From sequence record DRR378314_123: DNA of 21,431 nt; one strand, written 5' to 3'. Of this stretch, positions 16,728-21,431 are shown one piece after another. Below the pieces are notes generated by a model. That model searched no databases, had not been told where the DNA came from, and saw nothing but the letters and a program-made list of their open reading frames with translations. A program made the position numbers and the translations under genes. The first letter of the stretch is position 1. Each line of letters opens with the position of its first letter.

Positions 16728-17156
16728 TCACCTGTTTTTAGGGCTGACAACGGCCAGAGTAACCGTTGCCTTGGAAACAAGTCGCATGTCGTCATCCGTG
16801 CCGCAATACACCTCAGACTCTACCACGGTTAATGTGGAACCGGCCTTAAGAACGGTAGCAACACACTCGATATGTGTACCACTGGCCGATCTGAGCAGCT
16901 TCAGCGAGAAGTCCGATGTCAGAACCATCTGGCCGGATTTCACAACGGAAGCTCCAGCTGCGCCAGCGGTGTGATCCGCAACCGTCGCCTGCACGCCGAA
17001 ATGCACGAAGCCGTCCTGTTGAAGATGCCGGTTCGCCAGCACCAGCCGGGAGCGGCATTCGCCGGTTTCAATAGAGACCAGTTCCAGGCCCAGATCCGTA
17101 ATAAACGGAGCTGACGAAAAAATCCGTTCCACTTCGCTGTTGTTGAAATTGTCCAC
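16728..17156 (-). CDS. PaaI-family (hotdog-fold) thioesterase
   Basis: PFITDLG, HLQQDGFVH.GV.ATVAD.TAG.A, KAGSTLTVVESEVY, KATVT. Confidence 0.88.
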   Translation of the reverse strand: MDNFNNSEVERIFSSAPFITDLGLELVSIETGECRSRLVLANRHLQQDGFVHFGVQATVADHTAGAAGASVVKSGQMVLTSDFSLKLLRSASGTHIECVATVLKAGSTLTVVESEVYCGTDDDMRLVSKATVTLAVVSPKNR

Positions 17157-17189
17157 GTTGTCTCCCGGAACAAGGGTTAGCAGCTCGGC

Positions 17190-17585
17190 TTACGCCTCAA
17201 AAGTATGCCCTGCAAGCTCGTTACGAATCGGTTCGGGGACGGAAACCGACTTTTGGGTCTCATAGTCGAAATGGATCAGCACGGTAACGCCACGCGCAAC
17301 CAGCACGCCATTCTGTCTGGCTTCCTGGATAACTTCGAAAGAGGAGTTGCCAATCTTGCCAATACCGGTGCGAACTTCCACGGGCGAGTCCCAATAGCAC
17401 TGGGCTTTCAGGTCAATTTCCATCCTGGCGAGAATCAGGGGCCAGCCTTTTGGCTCAAGGGAGGGATGGAAAATACGGAAGATCGGAGTCCTTGCCTGCT
17501 CGAACCAGACGGGGTAGACGGTGTTATTGATATGACCGAGCGCATCGGTGTCGCTGAATCGTGGTTCGGCTTCGTAGTAGAACAT
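17190..17585 (-). CDS. Acyl-CoA thioesterase, 4HBT/YbgC/FadM-like family
   Basis: PRFSDTDALGHINNTVY..WFEQAR, IGNSSF, VLIHFDY. Confidence 0.92.
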   Translation of the reverse strand: MFYYEAEPRFSDTDALGHINNTVYPVWFEQARTPIFRIFHPSLEPKGWPLILARMEIDLKAQCYWDSPVEVRTGIGKIGNSSFEVIQEARQNGVLVARGVTVLIHFDYETQKSVSVPEPIRNELAGHTFEA

Positions 17586-17646
17586 TTGCTCCCCTTTTGT
17601 CGTGTTAACAGTGAAATTTTACGGGATTTATGCTCTTGAAGGCGAT

Positions 17647-18210
17647 TCAATCCTTCACTGCCTTGGCCAAGGGAAACCTTTCAATGATGTGATAGACAGA
17701 TCCATGAGTATCGGGCGTGCTCTCAAACAGCGCAATCCCACACACTGAAAATGTACCCGCATGTTGCCACTGATGGGTATCAAGTAGTTCGACGACCGAC
17801 CCGCGCTCCCCCTTGAAACGGGACAGCGTTATATGAGGGCAAAAACGGCGTTTCTCATGCTCGAAACCAAGAAAGGCAAGCCTCTGGCCCAGTGCCTCAT
17901 GAAGCTCTGCGAGTTTATCCAATGGCTGAACGCCGGCCCACAGATTTTTGGGGAGGTCCGGTTGGCCAAAGCAACCCAAACCGCAAACCGTCAGATCAAA
18001 TGGTTCAAGCGGTAGGTTCCGGGCGGTATCACAAATATCAGGCAACAACGGCTGGTCCACACTGCCGAGGAATACCAGCGTCAGGTGCAACTGCTCCTTA
18101 CTCTGCCATCGTGCTCCGGCCACGGGCGCTTGAATCGACAACAACCGCTGTTTGACGGGGTCCGGAATCTCCAGCCCGAAGAACAGCCGACGTGTTTTAG
18201 CCTTAGCCAC
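17647..18210 (-). CDS. thpR: RNA 2',3'-cyclic phosphodiesterase (2H phosphoesterase)
   Basis: RLFFGL start, two HxT motifs (LHLTLVFLG, PHITLSR), LFES...GSVY; likely GTG start at 18210 overlapping the upstream stop. Confidence 0.88.
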   Translation of the reverse strand: MAKAKTRRLFFGLEIPDPVKQRLLSIQAPVAGARWQSKEQLHLTLVFLGSVDQPLLPDICDTARNLPLEPFDLTVCGLGCFGQPDLPKNLWAGVQPLDKLAELHEALGQRLAFLGFEHEKRRFCPHITLSRFKGERGSVVELLDTHQWQHAGTFSVCGIALFESTPDTHGSVYHIIERFPLAKAVKD

Positions 18211-18787
18211 TGTGCACCCCGAACCATTGTGGAAACCGGCGCAGACAGTACAGTGCCAGCATGTCGTAAGCTGCATGCCAGACCATCACCAGCAGCAGGC
18301 TGTCAGTCAGCGCATAGGTCGCGCCCAGAACAAGGCCCAGTCCGGTTGCCAGCATGAAATAGGTAAAGGAAAGATAGTGCACCAGCCCGAACAGCAGCGA
18401 CGCTGCGATAATCGCCAGGCTCTCATCAAGGTGCTGTGCCAGCCAGCCCTGTATGGCACCACGGAACAGCAACTCTTCCCCTACGCCGGCGAGCACGGAG
18501 AGGGTCACTAGAGTCGGCCAGGAATAATCCCGTGCAAACCGGTGCAACAGCTCAAGCTGGGATTCCAGCGATTGCCGCAACAAGCCGGGCAGCCAGCTCA
18601 GCGCCATGATCACGCCGTAGGTTGCCACGCTGCCGGCCAGCCCCCAGAGAATAGCAGCGCCCACGCCCAGCCCGTCGTTCCGGACCGGGATGCCAAACAG
18701 CAGGATGGCCACCAGGCCCAATACACCGATCCCGCCCTGGAATACCAGTGCAGCTCTGGAGGAAATCCTTGGGCGCCCTGCAGCCAT
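18203..18787 (-). CDS. CPBP/Abi-family intramembrane glutamic endopeptidase
   Basis: EELLFRG, FGLVH, HAAYD motifs in a multi-TM protein. Confidence 0.92.
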   Translation of the reverse strand: MAAGRPRISSRAALVFQGGIGVLGLVAILLFGIPVRNDGLGVGAAILWGLAGSVATYGVIMALSWLPGLLRQSLESQLELLHRFARDYSWPTLVTLSVLAGVGEELLFRGAIQGWLAQHLDESLAIIAASLLFGLVHYLSFTYFMLATGLGLVLGATYALTDSLLLVMVWHAAYDMLALYCLRRFPQWFGVHSG

Positions 18788-18794
18788 GGTTTTT

Positions 18795-19118
18795 TCAGTG
18801 ACTCCGCTTGCCAGGGGGCGTCACCACCCACTCCGGGTCTTCAAACTCACCGAGAGGGGTAATGTCGCAGAAGGGCGCAGCACTGCGGATGATGCTGGCA
18901 ACCTCGGGATTGTGCTGGCCCTCCATCGCGTCCCGTTCCGCCTTGCTATCCCAACTGGCGATAGCAATCAACACGTTCGGGTCGCCAATCTTCCTGTGCA
19001 GCTCAGTGCCCCTTGCCCCCGGCGCCTGCTGGATAATCTCGCTGGCACGAACCCAGGCGTCGGCATATTCCTCTGCAGTGTGGCCTTCTTTTATGCGGAC
19101 CTCGAAGATGTATTTCAT
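18795..19118 (-). CDS. Antibiotic-biosynthesis-monooxygenase (ABM, dimeric alpha-beta barrel) family protein
   Basis: MKYIFEVRIK.G...EY..AW, PGARGTELHR, IASWDS; start reassigned to ATG 19118. Confidence 0.75.
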   Translation of the reverse strand: MKYIFEVRIKEGHTAEEYADAWVRASEIIQQAPGARGTELHRKIGDPNVLIAIASWDSKAERDAMEGQHNPEVASIIRSAAPFCDITPLGEFEDPEWVVTPPGKRSH

Positions 19119-19239
19119 CCGTTCACCCCATGTCGATCTGGCAGCTTTCAGACCAGTGTCGGCAATGGATCGAGTGAAGGCAACCGCTACAATTCCTATA
19201 TCATTACTACTGGAGGCCCCGACTTCCGAGCTTGGGTGA

Positions 19240-19917
19240 TCAACGCACCAGTATTCGGCGCCGGAATCGGCCGAACAACATGGCAAGAGCAAGGCTCATC
19301 AATCCCAGTGTGCCGGGCTCAGAAACCTCCGTTGGATTGTCATCCGGATCAGGGTCGGTCGGATCTGACAATTCAGCCGTAAAACCGATGTTCTGAAAAT
19401 CCACTTCACCGTTTGAACCCGTCAGGAACGCAGTCACAAACTGCACATTCAGGGGTGCCGCAAGGAGTATGTCCTGCGCGGAAATCCCGGGACTACTTCC
19501 AAGGTCAGGCATGATAGCCAGATTTCCCACTTCCGTGTCGGACGCATTGAAGAACGTGAAAGCGATGTTATCCACATCAAAGCCTTCACTTGTGTAGTTC
19601 CAGAAATGGAGAGTATTGATATCGTATTCCTGTCCGAAATCAAACAGCAGTTCCAAGCCTCCGCTCGCTTCATCCGCCGAAAACCAGATGTGCGTGGTTT
19701 GAGAATGAACCTCTTCCGCGTCTGCCGTAGGAGCATCGATCACCTTATTGATCGTTTGTCCAGCATCAAAGGTATTGTTGAAATCACCGGGTGATGTACC
19801 GGCACCAACTGCAACGGAAATATTTGACTCGTTGAGGTAAATAGGCGCAGCCACAGCATTTACCGCACCGAAGGCAAAGAGTACTACCAGGTTATAAAGC
19901 GATAACTTAAATAGCAT
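19240..19917 (-). CDS. PEP-CTERM-type exosortase-sorted surface protein (VSEP variant)
   Basis: Signal peptide (..AVNAVA-APIY), acidic secreted domain, D/P linker DPTDPDPDDNPTE, then VSEPGTLGL, a TM helix and RFRRR. Confidence 0.85.
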   Translation of the reverse strand: MLFKLSLYNLVVLFAFGAVNAVAAPIYLNESNISVAVGAGTSPGDFNNTFDAGQTINKVIDAPTADAEEVHSQTTHIWFSADEASGGLELLFDFGQEYDINTLHFWNYTSEGFDVDNIAFTFFNASDTEVGNLAIMPDLGSSPGISAQDILLAAPLNVQFVTAFLTGSNGEVDFQNIGFTAELSDPTDPDPDDNPTEVSEPGTLGLMSLALAMLFGRFRRRILVR

Positions 19918-19955
19918 CTTTCCGATCCTTTCAGTGGGAATGGAAAAATGCATAA

Positions 19956-19971
19956 CGCAATTAAAATACCA
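19956..19971 (-). promoter_or_regulatory. Sigma54 (-24/-12) promoter for the PEP-CTERM gene
   Basis: Minus strand TGGTATTTTAATTGCG = GG-N10-GC with TTGC, 38 nt upstream of ATG 19917. Confidence 0.7.
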
Positions 19972-19990
19972 CTATTCAGATACAGACCTT

Positions 19991-20003
19991 ATTCAACAAC
20001 TTA
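19991..20003 (+). promoter_or_regulatory. IHF-like site
   Basis: ATTCAACAACTTA versus WATCAANNNNTTR (1 mismatch), located between the sigma54 promoter and the enhancer-like site. Confidence 0.5.
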
Positions 20004-20025
20004 GTTCTATGGGCATTCTATCCAG

Positions 20026-20042
20026 TGTAAAAGAAGCTGACG
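20026..20042. promoter_or_regulatory. Enhancer-binding-protein site (TGT-N11-ACA-like; candidate PrsR box)
   Basis: TGT-AAAAGAAGCTG-ACG, about 55 nt upstream of the -24 element. Confidence 0.5.
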
Positions 20043-20061
20043 AAAGTCCTTAAAAATGCAG

Positions 20062-20994
20062 TTACGGCGCGTCACCCATCAGGTCATTGCGGATCAGATA
20101 TCGGCCGTCGAACGTCATGGGCACCCCTGTCGATTCCCACATTAGTTCATCGTACCCGACAATCCGGCCTTCCACGGCATGGACGTGCAGGTGAGGTTCA
20201 CTGGTATTGCCCGAATTACCCACTCGCCCCAGACGTTCACCGGTTTCTATACGGTCACCTTGCTGCAACGACACCGATCCTTCCTGAAGGTGGGCCAGCA
20301 CCACGGTTACATCTCGACAATGGATGGCAACGAAGTTACCCGCTGGATTGTCTCGATCGCTCTGCGGCGGTTGCTGGTCGGGAAGCCCCTTGGCAAGGTT
20401 GGTCACTTCGCCGCTGCAGGGCGCGGTTAACAACGCATTCCATATGCGATAATCCTCCAGAGCCGGAGAAGCGAATTCGGAGGCCCGGAGACCAAAACGG
20501 CCAATGCGAACCACGTCAATCGCATGATGCTGGGCCTCAATACCATGGTGGTGATTCATAACGTGGGAGTTGCCTCCCTGCCCTACGCGGTACTGTCCCT
20601 CGGGCAAGGGCCATCGCAACTCTACAGGTCTGGTACCGGCATCGCCCGCTCCCACGACGGACCACGCTGGCACCAGGAGGACAGCCAGCACCGCACTGTT
20701 AAAACCCAACGACAGAATGGTTCCTGGCCGCCACGCCGGCTGCACTGGCAAAGCGGGCATGCGGCGCACCAGGAACCCGATCACGCTGGCCGACAACCCT
20801 ACCCAGAACAGCCACGGCCAGTAACCACCAAGCCACGCCCAGGCGCCCGCTCTCTGAATCAGGAAAAGGTACACAACCGCCAGTAGAAAATAGCTCAGCC
20901 AGTGGATTCTGGAGGCAGACTTACCAAACCCTACAGCCAGAATAAACACCAGCGGAACGACCAGGTGAGACAAGACAAGGAGAAAAAGTGTCAT
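20062..20994 (-). CDS. M23-family metallopeptidase with N-terminal membrane domain
   Basis: About four N-terminal TM segments; HAID, APCSG.V, GN.V.I, LAHLQ.GS, G.VGNSGNTSEPHLHVH (HxH). Confidence 0.9.
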   Translation of the reverse strand: MTLFLLVLSHLVVPLVFILAVGFGKSASRIHWLSYFLLAVVYLFLIQRAGAWAWLGGYWPWLFWVGLSASVIGFLVRRMPALPVQPAWRPGTILSLGFNSAVLAVLLVPAWSVVGAGDAGTRPVELRWPLPEGQYRVGQGGNSHVMNHHHGIEAQHHAIDVVRIGRFGLRASEFASPALEDYRIWNALLTAPCSGEVTNLAKGLPDQQPPQSDRDNPAGNFVAIHCRDVTVVLAHLQEGSVSLQQGDRIETGERLGRVGNSGNTSEPHLHVHAVEGRIVGYDELMWESTGVPMTFDGRYLIRNDLMGDAP

Positions 20995-21067
20995 CTTTCA
21001 ACGCTCATTGGTAATAAGGTGGCTTTCCGTTTTTGTGCCCCATCGGTAACTGCCTACAAAAATAAGC

Positions 21068-21097
21068 TTGGCAATCCCGGGGATATAAGAGTAAAGT
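21068..21097 (+). promoter_or_regulatory. Possible sigma70 promoter for the cold-shock gene
   Basis: TTGGCA-N18-TAAAGT, about 180 nt upstream of the csp ATG; weak match only. Confidence 0.3.
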
Positions 21098-21275
21098 GCC
21101 GTTCGTAGGAAAGATTTAGCACAGCATTTCACGAATAAGACGCATCTCTGTTGTTATCGGTAGTTTTCCGTCCTGTTTTTGATTCCGCGCGTTTTTTGTT
21201 TCCGCACAACGCTGATCAGTCATCGCTTCAGATGGTCTGGCGGCACATTAAATTATCGATTTCAGGATTATAATT

Positions 21276-21431
21276 ATGTCGACTACTACCGGTACTGTTA
21301 AGTTTTTCAACGAAGCAAAAGGTTTTGGTTTCATCACTCGCGAAAGCGGCCCGGACGTCTTCGTTCACTACAGCGCCATTCAAGGCGGTGGTTTCAAGAC
21401 TCTGGCAGAAGGCCAGCAGGTTGAGTTCACC
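21276..21431 (+). CDS. Cold-shock protein, CspA family (3'-partial; not in the ORF track)
   Basis: Manual translation [52 protein letters not shown], with RNP1 (KGFGFI) and RNP2 (VFVHY); AGGA RBS. Confidence 0.97.
   Translation, partial: MSTTTGTVKFFNEAKGFGFITRESGPDVFVHYSAIQGGGFKTLAEGQQVEFT

Noticed and set aside
4985-19382. Numerous long alternative-frame and antisense ORFs (e.g. 4985-5836, 5224-6009, 6758-7516, 8201-8965, 9301-10074, 9462-10286, 10615-11466, 13512-14201, 16393-16974, 18690-19382)
   Set aside because: They are shadows of well-supported genes in GC-rich DNA and have no recognisable motifs.
1-21431. CRISPR arrays, tRNA/rRNA genes, IS elements, integrases, prophage or defence genes
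   Set aside because: No regularly spaced repeats, RNA-gene signatures, transposase or integrase motifs, or terminal inverted repeats were seen by eye; the CPBP/Abi and ThpR genes look like ordinary housekeeping members.

Overview
GC-rich proteobacterial chromosome segment. It looks like a marine or halophilic gammaproteobacterium such as Marinobacter, inferred from gene content only. The core (about 3.4-14.5 kb) is a folate-linked C1 / methylated-solute catabolic cluster: a dimethylglycine oxidase-like flavoprotein, L-serine dehydratase, a GlxA/GbdR-type AraC regulator, and a minus-strand run of permease, DmdA-like GcvT-family demethylase, MetF-like reductase and Fhs. A 34-bp tandem box (TGnCG-N8-CG-N6-TGTCGT-N7) lies exactly 24 nt upstream of a -10-like hexamer in front of three of these transcription units, which ties them into one predicted regulon. 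The best hypothesis, by inference, is a THF-dependent demethylation route for an N-methylated osmolyte such as glycine betaine that uses a DmdA paralog. To the left are a ClC-fold protein lacking the gating glutamate (GQYGP), translationally coupled to an orphan polyamine-type binding protein, and a partial GGDEF gene. To the right are small accessory or housekeeping genes, a PEP-CTERM-type surface protein with an enhancer/IHF/sigma54 promoter layout, an M23 peptidase, and the start of a cold-shock gene missing from the ORF track. No RNA genes, CRISPR arrays or mobile elements were seen.
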